64,000 nucleotides of DNA from Chrysomallon squamiferum (lineage: Eukaryota > Animalia > Mollusca). Below, piece by piece: positions 1 through 13,565 of this stretch (within the stretch, counting starts at the first letter, position 1; each line of letters starts with the position of its first letter). Below the pieces are notes generated by a model. The model was not told where the DNA came from. It did not search any database and saw nothing but the letters and a program-made list of their open reading frames with translations. The stretch spans positions 10,478,001 through 10,542,000 of the forward strand of contig CM022666.1 of the NCBI GenBank assembly GCA_012295275.1, given 5' to 3'. A program made the translations under genes and the position numbers.

Positions 1-391
1 AAATCTAAATGTTTCTAATATAAAATGTAAATATAATTAATAGTATTCTTTATTTTCGTTTCGTAACTTACTTTTTCAATGATATAATAATTATAATAAT
101 AATATAAATAAACAGATAAATAATTAGAATGATAGAAAGAAAGAAAGAAAATAAAACATACATACTGAAATTTTTTTCATGTTAAAATGACTGGTACAGA
201 AAAACTATTTTGATTATACCTGCCAGAAAAGCATACGTTGAAAACAGCCATCTTGAATGAGGCTGCTCGTAGAAAATCCACTGATTCCTAGGAATCCGCT
301 GATGATAACGCATTTCCGACAACCCTACATATCAATTAAAATACTCGCGAAAGGTCCTGAAAAATTTATACTTAAAGTCGTTTCGTTTCAA

Positions 392-524
<133 letters not shown>

Positions 525-574
525 TGCTTATTTATGACATAAAATACACACAAACGCATATATAAAAATATATG

Positions 575-1620
575 TAGTGCCGGATTAAGAACGTAGCAAA
601 TGCTTTCTGGGGCCCCGCGGATCAACATTTTTCTTTTCTGTTTTAAATCAATATGCTGGGTATCACGATTTTGACTATTGTCTTTGGTATTTGTTTTATG
701 TAGAGGTATACTTTTTGACAGTTTTGTTGTTGAACTTTTTTTTACTCAGTATCCAGTGGACCTGAACTAGTTCACTAGCTGCGTTGTCCCAAATACCTTA
801 TGTTTGATACCTAATTGCCTCTGGTTAGACAGTGTGCTGCAGTGTCATTGAACAAAAGTTTTATGTCTACGTGTAACTTGTAGAAGTATCTCGCGCTAAA
901 AGTGATGACATAAGACACTGAAGTAGGTCACCACCCGTAGAGGCGTATAAGTACAGGTAAGACATTTAAACCTCTGTTCATTACAAATAAACGTGAAAAT
1001 AACTAAATATTTAGAATGGGCTATTTAATTTCTTAAGCAGTTTCCTAAATCTTATTTATACAATGGTAAGCAATATGTTTGGAGCCTTGGTGTAGTGACG
1101 GTAAATAACTGGAGCCGTTATACTAGTCATCGCCGTTGGTGGCTTTGGAGCATGTATGTTAATATCTGAATATTGTGTGTTGTGGTTTTCTTTACATATA
1201 CCTTCTTTTAATGGCGCACTGTTATTATTGTTGATCAGGATTTAGCATTAAAATGAAACATCGGGGTAACGCACGTCATTATTTTTGAAAATACTTCTTG
1301 GATGAAAAAAAACAACACAACAACATTCGACTAGTTTCAAGTCATTATTCGAATCTCAGTCACTCTTTATTTAAGGATTTATAAATGGTGAGCAACTAGC
1401 TCAGAACCTGAGTGACTTTCTTGAACATAATATCAGTCTGAGTGACTATCGTGGACAATCATATGACAACGCTAGCAACATGTCTGCCAGGTACAATGGA
1501 ATAGAGGTGCATGTTCGAAAGCTAAATCCATTAGCAGAATACGTGCCATGTGTTGGACAACTCAGTCAATTGGTGGGTCAGTTCGCATACTGGCAACCAT
1601 GTTCATGGAGTTCATACAGC
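575..1620 (+). mobile_element. Decayed hAT-superfamily DNA transposon (ZMYM1/Tip100-like transposase fragment)
   Basis: About 1387-1580 translates as GEQLAQNLSDFLEHNISLSDYRGQSYDNASNMSARYNGIEVHVRKLNPLAEYVPC, matching the hAT core RGQxYDxAxNMxGxxxG...PxAxYVPCxxH, and is frameshifted after the Cys. A hAT-like terminus (TAGTGCCGGATTAAG...GGGGCCCC) lies near 575-616. Boundaries are approximate and linking the terminus to the fragment is inference. Confidence 0.7.
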
Positions 1621-4600
1621 GTGTATGTGCTCTACCAACTGATGCGTTGTCTGAGAACAAACTATCGTGTGTAAAGCGCACGTCTGACACACGATGGTCG
1701 GCAGTGATGGACTGATTGACAACGAGAAAACTGAAACGTTACCTGCTAATGCAAAGCATGCACAAATACAATGAACCAATCCAAGTAATCGATGTGACGT
1801 CAGTATCGCTGGCTTCCAACAGTACAACATGAAACACTCCGGCCACAAAAGAAAAACTAGTATTAGTCAGTGGTGTTACGAAAGAAGCTGCCAGTACTAC
1901 CCATCCCCATTTCTCTGTTTAATTAACTTTTTTCTTCAAACTGATGTAATAGGCTGTTCGAACGACGAGTGATAACTGACACAGATGTTTTACTTCAGGT
2001 ATAGTTCTCATTAAAAGAAATGTTATATCGTTGAAGTATGGTTAGTGAGTTCATTATTTCGACAACAATGTTTGTAATTATGTGGACTACATTACTTCTA
2101 GTATAATAACCTTTCAGTTAATGTAAATTAAAACAGAAGCTCTTTTGAGTGCAGTTTATGTAATTGATTGTGCAAGGTGATATGATGCAAAATAACAATG
2201 TTAGATGCATATCGATTTTTTAAGAAAAATCTAATAAAGACTTGTACTATATTGTCTATTATTTTCCATATATAAACAACGACCAACAATTATTTTTTAA
2301 CTACACCCCCCCACACTATTTTCGTATCTTTTTTATTTATTTATTATTTCCATTTTATTTCACATCATTTTTGTTTGAATTTAGAAGCATTTTAAAGTAT
2401 TTAGAATCATATTATTGCATTTTAAGGTGGTTAGTACGTTAAAAGATTAAATAATTGATGTACTTAACAATTTTGAATAGCACAGCATCACTTTCTTTGA
2501 ACGTGAACCTTGGTTTTTTTTAATATTTAGTGGTAACAAGTTTACTAAATTATAGTGCTCTAAATTAAAATGCAAACCTACAGATGTGTGCTTTGTTATC
2601 TGGATGAAATAAAATGCACAAATAATTATAAGTCTTTCATTCATTTATTTATTGCCGGTAAGCATACAATATTTAACAATTTTTATCCGGGTAACGGGCA
2701 GAGGATTAAGTGTGCCCCGAACCTTGGACTGTGTTATAATAAACTGTATGACAAATAAGCGTATGACTAATGGGAGGTAATCGTGAGTGCGTATCTGTTT
2801 GTGTCTGTGATTAAAAGGACTATAAGCATTTGATCTTTAACCATAACCTGCAATACAAAACTCGGCTAGCCAGCTCCAGAACGGTGTTGCAAGTAGTAAT
2901 TAGGGGCAGTAAAATGTCTGTAATCACGAGACTAAAGGCAATTAAAGGCGCAGGTGTGGTAAGTTGGATATTTGAAACAGACATATAAGAAAGGTTTCTT
3001 AGCTTTGTACTTGCTGTGATTTGCGTTAATAAATTTAGACATTAGCGCACAAAGTGTAACGTATGCGCACCTGTAATTCGTACAAGAGCTATTGAGAAAT
3101 ATATGTACTAAGTCGCTAAAAAGGTTTTTATTTTTGAAATCGTATCGACATGCGAATGCAAACGCTAGCACGGACAGTGTGGACTGGCATAATGGCGAAA
3201 AGTACGATTTTGTCATGAATCTACTCTATATTTATAGAATCCATATTATTATAATATGTACAGTACGGTATGTAATCATGTTATCTAAACCTTAAGTTAT
3301 AGGCCTAGTCGCCCGAATAATTTCTGTCGGAGAACAGCTCAGACGGAATTTTTATTTTAGGACTGCTTATCCAAGTTTCTACTTCTCAGTTCATAACCGA
3401 TATAATACAATAGCTCACTAATAAAGGTATGTCGTGGTGACATATAATACCTTAAGGTTGGCTCGTCCCGTCTAAACGGTAACAGACTCAAAGCGTCTCG
3501 TGACAAGGTGTTAATGATCTGAGACAGCTTAAACATTATAAATGACTAGACTTTATCTATTAGAGAATAATAACAACAAGAATTGAATATGGGTAATTGT
3601 TTCATATATCACATAAATTAACCATTAACAAATTATAATTTATTTACATTAACATAATTTAATCATAAGGTTCTTCCGATACAATACAAATGCAAATAGC
3701 GTTGACAGATAATACTGTTCTAATTCAGCCCAGTTGGTTACTTTAATTTTCTAACTAATCTTTTAGTTATTAACATAAGATATCTAAGTTTGTTAATTAG
3801 TTTTCAAGCGTAAATAACTACCACAGAATAAGACAATAAAATATCCAACAGAACTATACTTGGCTATCTTCTATCAATCAACATGTATGTTACATAAAAA
3901 AAAACCAAAACTATATTTAAACCATAAATACTTTTGCTATAATGATCGTTTGTCTTGAGCACACGTCCCTCAGACAATGTGTCGCAAGACGGCGCACCGA
4001 TCAAAACAGACAATGCATATCGGAAACGTTTGTGGGTAATCTCTTCATATAGAAATTAAACATATTTTAATGTTACTGTAAACACAAGGGTTTGTTCGGC
4101 AGATTTTGTAGGCGGGAAGCCAATGAACGACAAGAAACATGTTGACTATACACCCACCCTGAATACTGGACGGGAAATTGGCACAACACCTATGATAACA
4201 GAAGCAAATGAAATTAATGACATAGTTCAGATAACTTCAGAGAACAATAGTTTCAGTTATGTTCTTAATTATTCACTCACAAATACTTTTTAGAGGTTGT
4301 ACAAGTATGTAGGTGTTCGTGTGAGTATATGAGTAAAGGTACAGTGTTCAATAAAACAATTAAATGTTACTCAAAAATAAATGGTTTATTTACAGAGTTT
4401 TTTTTAGCATAAAGTATGTCTGCTTGTGTGTGTTTGTACTAATTACACCTAACGATAACAGTAATTAGACAAGTAATTGATTTCAACCTATAAGGAAATA
4501 AGTATCTCACATTTCATTCATAAACAAAAGATTTAATTAATCATGTTACTCTATGTTTTGTTTGTTTGTATGGCCATGTTGTCAGTGTTCAGTCAGAGAT

Positions 4601-4714
4601 GTGTCTGCAACAAAGGTATAAATACTCTGACAGTAAATAACTACAAAGACTTGCTGAACAACCAAGTTATTGCCAATGTTTATTGTGCTTCTGTGCGTCT
4701 GTGTGTGTGTATGT

Positions 4715-5469
4715 GTTACCTCGCCGTGGAAGCATCTATGTGGTCTTGTTTTGTGCAGTATTTTGCCAAATTTCCTCCTTCTGACCATGGATCCAAGAAA
4801 GTGAATGCAAAGGACAGTCCTGGGAAGAAGAAGCGGACGATGTTCATTGAATTAAAGCATGAAATCAAAGAAAAACATGAGCGTGGTGTGCGTATAGTTG
4901 ACTTGGCTAGGCAATACGAGCATAGTACTTTTACGATATGTATCATACTGAAGCAGAAGGAGTCGATAAAGGGCATATAACTCCAGCCAAAGGCGATAAA
5001 ATAATTTCTAAAGCTGCAGGCTTCTGTCCATGAAAGGAATACGGTGACAGAGAAGCAGCTCGCAAGGGATACGGTGATGGAGGCTATCATCTGCGAGAAG
5101 TCATAGAATTTATGACGAACGAAAGCGACCGAAAAAGCACAAAACGAACTCCTCCGATCTCCTCCAGCTCAACCAGCATTTTCAGTTAGGCCAAACTGTC
5201 TGATCTCCTAGATAAATACACTTTACAAAACCTATTTATTTCTTTATATTCACTTTCATTTTGTTTTTATACAAATTTGTCATTTATAAATACATTTTTC
5301 GTATTTAAAAACACGTTACAAAAATACTGGGGTGATTTTTTGGGGGGGACTGGAACGGATTAATGTTATTTCAGTTAATTTCAGTTGGGAAAATTGATTT
5401 TATATACGTACAAATTGAGTTACGAGCTTGGTCACAGAACGAATTAAACTCGTAACTCAAGGCACCACT

Positions 5470-5470
<1 letters not shown>
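4715..5470 (+). mobile_element. Non-autonomous Tigger/pogo (TIGD1-like) DNA transposon, copy 1, 5'-truncated and internally deleted
   Basis: Encodes a CENP-B/psq-type HTH fragment (KKKRTMFIELKHEIKEKHERGVRIVDLARQY). It ends in the TIR ...CGTAACTCAAGGCACCACTG followed by TA at 5471-5472, and is highly similar to 25543-26275 in inverted orientation. Confidence 0.88.
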
Positions 5471-5471
<1 letters not shown>

Positions 5472-5520
<49 letters not shown>

Positions 5521-5538
5521 TACACATATATATATATA
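5472..5538. repeat. (CA)n/(TA)n microsatellite abutting the Tigger TIR
   Basis: Directly visible. Confidence 0.9.
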
Positions 5539-7107
5539 TTTATAATGTACATACAATATCGAGACGCACACATATGCAATGATTTTGATATGGGGGAGTT
5601 ATTTTCAATATTTATGCATGCATGTGTTTCCAGTAATCAAATTATATATTATTTTATATATACATACACACATACACAGTATAATGACATGCAAACATAT
5701 GCCCTGATTTGTAGCGGGGGAAGTATTTACAATATATGCATGCGTTTTCAGTAAATAATAATAAAATATTATAAATAATTGAAAGAAACATTCAGCGGAC
5801 CGTTTTCTATGGCCATTATACTATCTAATTCGAAATATTTACATGTTAGTTACAAAAGTTTAAAATCTCCTACGAAGCTACACATGTCGTCCATAACACC
5901 CTGTCTGTCACGCCCCCCCCCACCCAATTTGTAAATAGACTAGTTTCAGTCTATTTTGTCAAAGGACTCTTCGGTCGCATGCGCAATAGGAATACAATAT
6001 CTCTATTGCCTCTATTGTGTTCATGATGAACATTGTTTTAGTTTCGAAATACGGAACAAACAGTTGGATATTACTTGTTCGATTTTAATCGCAAAGACCC
6101 ATTTGCCGCTTGTCGCTTGTTACATTCTGAGATATAGTTAATGATTAATACTCATCAGCCTACGAGTCGGGATGCGGAGAACAGGAGTGCGCTTAATTCT
6201 TTGTTTTTTCGTTTTTATTTATTTGTATTATTTTTTTTTCACTCTTTTAAAAGGGTACTTAATTCGGTATTTCGTCGATGCGGTGGCAGAACCTAACACA
6301 TATAGTTTCCAATCGAGTGGGAAAAGCGGCAAAAAATCTAGGTTTTTTAGAATGATTAACAACCCGATTGTCATGATTTCAGACGATGGTGGGTGTTTTT
6401 AACTGATGGATTTGGTTTATTTCAAACGTCTTCAACGTAACTTTTTCACAGCAAACGAAGTGTTTTACTTTACGTGCCGAATGTCTAGAAAAAAAAAAAA
6501 TTCGTAATAAATGAAAGTTTTTTTTTGTTTTTTTTTTCTTCAAATTATATATGTATATAATTGTTCTGAGAATATCATACGTGGAAAAAAATGAGTAATG
6601 CATTTTATTATCCGTTATTAGATGTCATTTTTGTGAAGACACCTCAAATTTATCCACGTATCTTAACATAAAATCTCTTCTATTTTTAATGTTTCAACAA
6701 AATATTTTGTTCCATTCTGTTCAGTTCAATGATAAAAGGAAAGAAATTTATAGAGCATTACCAATAAGTGAAAGCACATACACACAGAGAAACTTTATCA
6801 TCAGAACATTATAAAGAAATATTGTTATTGTGATAATAAGTCACCCTACTGATCTAGCTTTTTATTACTTTTATGTTGTTGTTTTTTTGTATGTTTGTTC
6901 TTGTGTTTATAGATATACATATTTTTAAAATTCTTATTATTAATTAATAATTATAATACACTAATGGATCATTCTGTACACAGACGACAGAACACTGAAT
7001 TAATTCACTGCACCAAGTTTTAAACGGTAAATGATATCTTGCTAACGTAAAATTTATTATTCATTTTGATTTATTATTAATATTTATTATTAATATAAAA
7101 AAAATCT

Positions 7108-7118
7108 ATAATAATAAC

Positions 7119-7150
<32 letters not shown>

Positions 7151-7278
7151 AAAGAAAATAATATTAAAAATAATTATATAAAAATATATATAATAATAAT
7201 AATAATAAGAAGAAGAAGAAAGAAGAAGAAGAAGAAGAAGAAGAAATAATAATAAAATAAATAAATAAATAAATAAAT
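7108..7278. repeat. (AAT)n/(GAA)n/(AAAT)n simple-repeat cluster
   Basis: Directly visible. Confidence 0.85.
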
Positions 7279-8217
7279 ACATTAAAAAAGAAAAAGAAAA
7301 TTTTGTACTGAAAATTTTGAGATGTTATAGAAGGTGCTTATAGAATATTGACATAAATACAGTATATGTGTTTCTGCATTAAGTTGTGGCAATACATTGT
7401 ATTGATGATGTCACTGATGTTAACAGGGAACTGACACATATTGTGGAGAGAAAATTAGTCAACCGTGATTAATAAATAGACCATGACGCAACGAATAAAT
7501 TCGGCTGATTTACGGTGTCAGCTGCGATATAATTTCAGAATTTCTGTGAACACATTTGTTCGTGTAACAAATGTGATGAACTGCAGTTTATCATTTTTAT
7601 TGAAACGATGAATTATAATTTTATACGAATTATATATGCGAGCTAAATAATATGTACTGCAATATTAAATTATATCATTTAATTTTGTTAATTAAAAAAT
7701 TAATATCTCATATGCCAAATAAGTTTATGTATGGTTTATTTACTTGTTATATTATAAAATAAAATTTGCTAATAACACAATGTATATAACTATTATTTAT
7801 TTATCAACAACAATAAATATAAATAAATAAATGATAATAACGACAGCAATAAAACTATATTGATACATATAAAAAAATTAAAAAATGACTATTCTTCAGT
7901 AATATTTAACTACAGCAATTATCAATTAACATAACAATGACATAAATACAAATATTTAAGATGATATTATATAACACACACACACACATTTTTATAAAGA
8001 AATGATAAAAACTGTCATTTTCAAGGATTTGACATAATGCTCAAAATGGTTGACAGGTCTGTTACACGTATTATGTCTTAAAATTTAGAAAATTTATGAC
8101 AACATTGCTCTTAAACATTTTAAATTCATATTAAATTCATATTGAAAAATGAATAAAAGTTACTTTAGTACACGTTTTAAATTTCAGAATAATGCGACTA
8201 TATATATATAAATTTAT

Positions 8218-10400
8218 CTAAACTTGGTTGTTAGCGACATTAGATATTGGCATCTCGCAGTTTATTTCTTTTTGCGGTTCTTCCTCTTTACTTTCTTCGT
8301 TACTTCCACTGGAGTGTGGAGTTTTGGATGATTTCTCAATGCTCTGACTTTTACAGTTCGTTGCGGTTGTTAGTTTCGATTTGGTTGCAAACGGAGTTTC
8401 TTGCCCTAGTCCTCTGTTATCTTTGTTACAAGAACCGCAGCCTAGTAGCTTGGCAACATGCTGTCTGAATGATCTGGAACACAGCACGTACAGAAAAAAG
8501 TTGATAGAGTAGTTGAGTTGTTCCATTGGCTGGGCCACCTGTCTGAAGATCACCAAAACTGGATCGGTCGACTGGAAGAGAGTTTCTCCTCTCGCGAATG
8601 CAACGTTATGTCCCAGCCAGATAGGAGACACGAGGATGATATATGCAGTGGTGATACCTAGCAACATCACTGTTATTCTCATCGTCTCATCATTCTTCAT
8701 TTCGCCACCTTGAACCATCTCCTGTCGTTTAGTTCTTTGCTTGTATAGGCGATGTACGATGATGGGGGTCATAATGAGAAGGAGGATGGTTGGAATTACA
8801 GCATACAGCGAGGTTCCGATGATGAGAAAAGCTCTACCCAGAGATGCTGTATCCGGCTCTACAAAGTAAGGCACACATTTGCCACTGGCGGTAATCTTTG
8901 AGAATATCGACCATGCACCCGTATAGGAAAACATGGCTACGTAAACAGACAGAATGCCAATGATGGTGTTACGCTTGGTGCAAATCATTTTTATGTGCAG
9001 GGGGAAGCAGACAGCAATGAATCGCTCGAAACAGACGAACACTACTAACCATGATGATGACATCTTTGCAGTTCTCCGAAATACAAAAAATATCTTGCAG
9101 CCTATCTCGCTGAGTGCTCGAACATCGACTCCCAGCATTTTGATGATCCACGGTTTGTTCCATGGCTGCATTAATATGAGAGCAGTGTCCGAGCAGGAGA
9201 GGAATATAAGAATGAGGCTACACGTAGCCTGTCGGAAACGTTGGCTTGACATTACAATGACTGTCATACTGTTTCCGAATAAGCCTAAAATGAGAAACAG
9301 AGGTATAGCAACGAAGCCAACATAATCTGTTTTTACTGATTTCTTAGGTTTATCTGTTACTGTTGTCTCATCGCATGGTAATTGTGATGTCATATTAACG
9401 TCGTTGTCTTCCTGATTACGAGAACAAGGACTGTGACTCGTATCATCTTGGATAGATAGATCGAACAAGCTCGTATTCTTAGAGATCATTGTTGATTCTA
9501 TGGTGTTATCATCGTCATCTAACACGTTGATCTGACCCGACACACAGCTCTGTCGATCACTGATTGCGACCATAACCAACAACACCAACACTGTTCGTGA
9601 ACCAAACTGCCATCTGCAAATCCATTTAGTTTATTTAAATTGATTATTAAAAAAATATACTGTTATAAATGTATTAATTTAAAGAAAAGGTATAATACAG
9701 CATACTTGAAACAATACACAAATATTAGCTATTTCTATCTCCATTTTCTTAGAGATTATGTTTCTTTCATGGCATTATAAATACAACAATAATAACTATA
9801 ATAACTAATTATCATATGTTGTTTTAGCTTTTCTCTCTTTCTGTTTTTAATGCATACAATCAAAACTCTTTATAATGCTCATCTAATTTTGGCATTATAA
9901 GCAGTTTGATGGTAAAATGGTTTTCTTAAATTATGAAAAATTACTAAATGCAGTAAACCTCAGTACTGACCGCTAAAATGAAATCTGATTTCCTTGATGA
10001 TGATAGATAAAATCGGCGGATGGCGCATAGCGGGAACTGTGTGTATACTTAAATACAGACGTTTGGTACTCAGTAATATTTGAGGGCGTAAACGATGATG
10101 GCGGTATATATCGGAAAGGGATGTTGTAAAGAGGTTTGACTGTCGCTGAAAAAATGTTAGCCTTCGTGTACCTCTATGAGTTTGCTACTGTCATACTCTA
10201 TTACTAGTAAACACTGGTGCTTCATGACACAAAATAAAAAAAATTATAGTTGAAACTACATACACTATTATGATATAAAATATTAAATATCGCATGGATG
10301 TGCGGGCATGCGTTTATGTCATAAGTATGTTTTAAAACACATACCAAAATATCATAACCAGAAAATAAGAAAAAACAAAAATGTCTTACCGCACTGACAT
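8218..10400 (-). CDS. Class A (rhodopsin-like) peptide-type GPCR, FMRFamide/myosuppressin/sex-peptide-receptor-like; 468 aa; coding exons 10400-10390 and 9613-8218
   Basis: Seven hydrophobic segments with GLFGN (TM1), LSCSD (TM2), CFERFIAVCFPL (DRY-like), P in TM6 and NYSINFFLY...SRSFR (TM7/H8). Exon 1 acaacATG TCA GTG CG|gtaaga (phase 2) joins tttgcag|A TGG CAG in frame, giving the signal-peptide-like MSVRWQFGSRTVLVLLVMVAIS. Confidence 0.9.
9951..10142. mobile_element. Degenerate Tc1/mariner-pogo type MITE in the GPCR intron
   Basis: Ends CAGTAAACCTC (9951) and GAGGTTTGACTG (10142) are near-perfect inverted repeats of CAGT(C)AAACCTC. The interior is GC-richer than the flanks. TA target duplications are not preserved. 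Confidence 0.6.
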
Positions 10401-12011
10401 GTTGTAATCTGAAGTTCACAAGGATAAATGAAAGTTGAACTCATATTTGCTTACTTTTATAACAGTTAATAAACGTCAGAATCAAAGTTGGTTTGTTTCT
10501 GTAAAGCCAAGTATACACTGCCATCTTAACATAAATTAAGTGTTGTTATCGCTTTCCGAATTTATTGCAATAATATTGTTAAACACATTGTAATGATCAT
10601 GCTGCATTGTCTGTCTAATGGTTCTGAAAACCTATGCCACACACAAAACATTTTTTTTTTTTTTTGTCAGTGTTCGTGCCGTGCTAATAGAGAAAGTGTA
10701 AAAGGTGATAAACGAAAAGCTACGACTTTTTTGTACACTACGTCAAGTTAGATGTCACTACTCAAAAATATAAAGATCGCTAACAGTTTATTATTTATGA
10801 TTATGTGTGTCTACGTGTGTCCTTATTACATAGTGATAATATCTTTTATTTATTGTGACACTTTGAGATAATCATAAATGCCATAATAATAATTATTACA
10901 CATATTCTCAGGTACAATGATGCATTTTGTAATATTAAAAGTATATTAAATGAAGTATAATTGATACTTGGGCGTTGTTTCTTATGAAAAACTGTATAAT
11001 GGTAACTTCAAGGAATAATTTGATGAAGAACAACCGTGCGTAGGATCGTTCAGGGAGTATATTTCCCCTCCTTTTTCAGTATTATTTTCAGACACTGTTA
11101 ATTTACATAATAGTTATAACATATTGTATTATTTCATTATTTATACCATTCTCAAGATAGAAATTTTGAAATGTCTTTGAAACTGAAATTTAAAAAAATT
11201 AATTTTAAAATAACTGTATAAAGGCTGGCTTCATTTATTTATTCATTACCTTCAAAATAAGGATTGGGACGTAACATCCTCTTTACTACCGAATTTTTCC
11301 ATGAATACATAATAATAAAGGAAACAACTTGCTTTCGTCTTCAAGCTCTATAAAACGATGCCACCTAGTTTACTCTGTGACCTTTATTTAAATATGTTTT
11401 CGCTGTACATTTTGTATTATAGTATTTTATAGATTTGTTTAGTATTAGTCACTACATAACAATTTTCATTACGATTTTATATATATATAAATATATATAT
11501 ACATTTATATTATTATTATTTTTTTAATATTTAAGGAAGGTTGGCTACACACAAACATTTACAAAATACATTTTTCTATTCCACAAGCTCCAGATTGCAA
11601 TAATTGGTTAGAATGTGAGAAATGTCAGTTACTGAAACTTGGTTCGTGCATTATTGTGTAAATAATATCGAAAATTTAATAAAAATCTGCTGTACATCTC
11701 AAGACGATCTTATAATTACTGGCTATCTGGATTAACCATTAAATTTTATAATGAAAATAAACTAAACTTTTATATTTTTTTTTTTAAAGAAAATAAACTA
11801 AATATTTTTGTAACGAAAATAAACTAATTCTTATAATTAAAATAATCCATTTAATTATAAAACTTTTTGAAAGAATATAATCTGTGTTAGGAAACTGACT
11901 ACAATAACTCTGTTATTGATTAACCATCAAAACAGTTGCTTTTTGTATCTTTCTGTAACTGAGGTATCTGCTCCAACCTGACCCAGTAGAGCCCTCTAGT
12001 ATGTCCTCTAA

Positions 12012-12013
<2 letters not shown>

Positions 12014-12050
<37 letters not shown>
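12014..12050. repeat. (CA)n microsatellite
   Basis: Directly visible. Confidence 0.9.
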
Positions 12051-12052
<2 letters not shown>

Positions 12053-12104
12053 TAATAATTATATTAACAAATGAAAACAGAATAGGCAAAAATTAATTTG
12101 TGTT

Positions 12105-12110
12105 TTATTG
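12105..12110 (-). terminator. Candidate polyadenylation signal (AATAAA) for the PARG-like gene, implying a 3' UTR of about 3 kb
   Basis: TTTATT on the + strand, with U/GU-rich sequence downstream on the minus strand. Many alternative AATAAA exist in this AT-rich DNA. Confidence 0.3.
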
Positions 12111-13524
12111 ACAAAACGTATCTGTACAAATTCCAAAAACAAAAGTCAGTTTATTATACACATCTCTCAAATGTGTTCATTATACACATACATATTTAGC
12201 TGTTAACATACATACAGAAATACTTTTTAAAAAGTTTATCAAAATTGTTCTGTGACAAAATATTTTAATAATTGTTATGAGGAAAACCTTTTCACATAAA
12301 GTTAATCAGCTTAATGTATTAATTCAGAGTAAATCAAAATAATTATCTAGTTTTCACACAGATACTAGCAACGTCATAAATGTTATCTCATGCTGAACAT
12401 TAAGTTAAAATTCCTGTTAGTGTTATTAAAAACTAAAATTATTTACACATATTAAAGTTCATTTAGACTACTAAAGTTGTGATCAGTTACATGTTTACTA
12501 CAAGATGTACCAGATATAAGTTATATATCGTTTTATAAAGGGATAATTTACAACTACATTTTTAAGTGAATTGATGTGTAAATTAATTTAACAGTTCTAC
12601 AAGGTTTTACGAGTAACGTAACTGATATTATTAGGCAATATAAAGCATCACATTAATTTTTAGGAAGTCTACGAATTGTGAGTATATCTTTATGGTTTAT
12701 ACTGCCCATTTGGATTACAGTATTTAAGATACAAACATGATAATATGTTTATACTGGCAGATTAATATTTTTTTGTATAATTAGAATGAAATGAGAAATG
12801 ATCCTATATGAATTTTATTAGTGACAATAAATATAGCATTATTTTATTTTCCTTATAATATTTGAGTTTATTTTCCCTTGAGTAAAATAATATTGCATAT
12901 AAGAATCATTTAACTAAACAAGATTCAAAATAAAATAACAAAAAGCAGGAACAAAAGAAAAACTACCAACAAGTTAAAAAAAAGAAAAAAAGATGTTATT
13001 TTAAAGAAAACAACAAATATGAATAGTTTGTTACAATACTTTTAAAATGATTTTTAAAGTGGATTATCAAACTTATTAGACCAAGAAATATTTATAGTAA
13101 ATACAAATTAAATATAAATCAAGTTATTTTATGCATGTTATTAAATTACAAATGATTGTCATATTTATGTTGATAAAAAAATCAAAGAAAACAAATATGC
13201 AAAAAACATTAAGTGGTAGTAATATACTAAAAAGACTGAAATGTTTTACATGTGTGCAATAAATAAATAAATAATATAGGTACACACAAATTAAGAATGT
13301 TAAACGATGTTTCATTAACAAAGTCACAAGAGCTATTGTTATCACTGTATTTCCAATTTCATATGTGTATTAAAGATGAAACATGCCATTTTTCATCAGC
13401 AGATAGAATCAGGATTAAATTTATGATTTTTCTCAACTACAGTTTGTTTTCATACAAGATTTCAAATACTATCTGAACTAACGTGACAACAGAGTGACAT
13501 TTTACATCATTCCATTGTTATTTC

Positions 13525-13565
<41 letters not shown>

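Noticed and set aside
2700-4250. CpG-containing patches suggestive of TE or regulatory DNA
   Set aside because: No TIR, TSD, coding similarity or second copy could be identified in the window.
4716-5090. Antisense ORFs 4716-5090 and 25911-26225, and ORFs opposite the GPCR, RPB1 and Kelch exons
   Set aside because: These are shadow ORFs on the reverse strand of transposase or coding sequence.
7551-7575. 10-bp stem hairpin CACATTTGTT-cgtgt-AACAAATGTG
   Set aside because: Too short and AT-rich to support an ncRNA or miRNA call.
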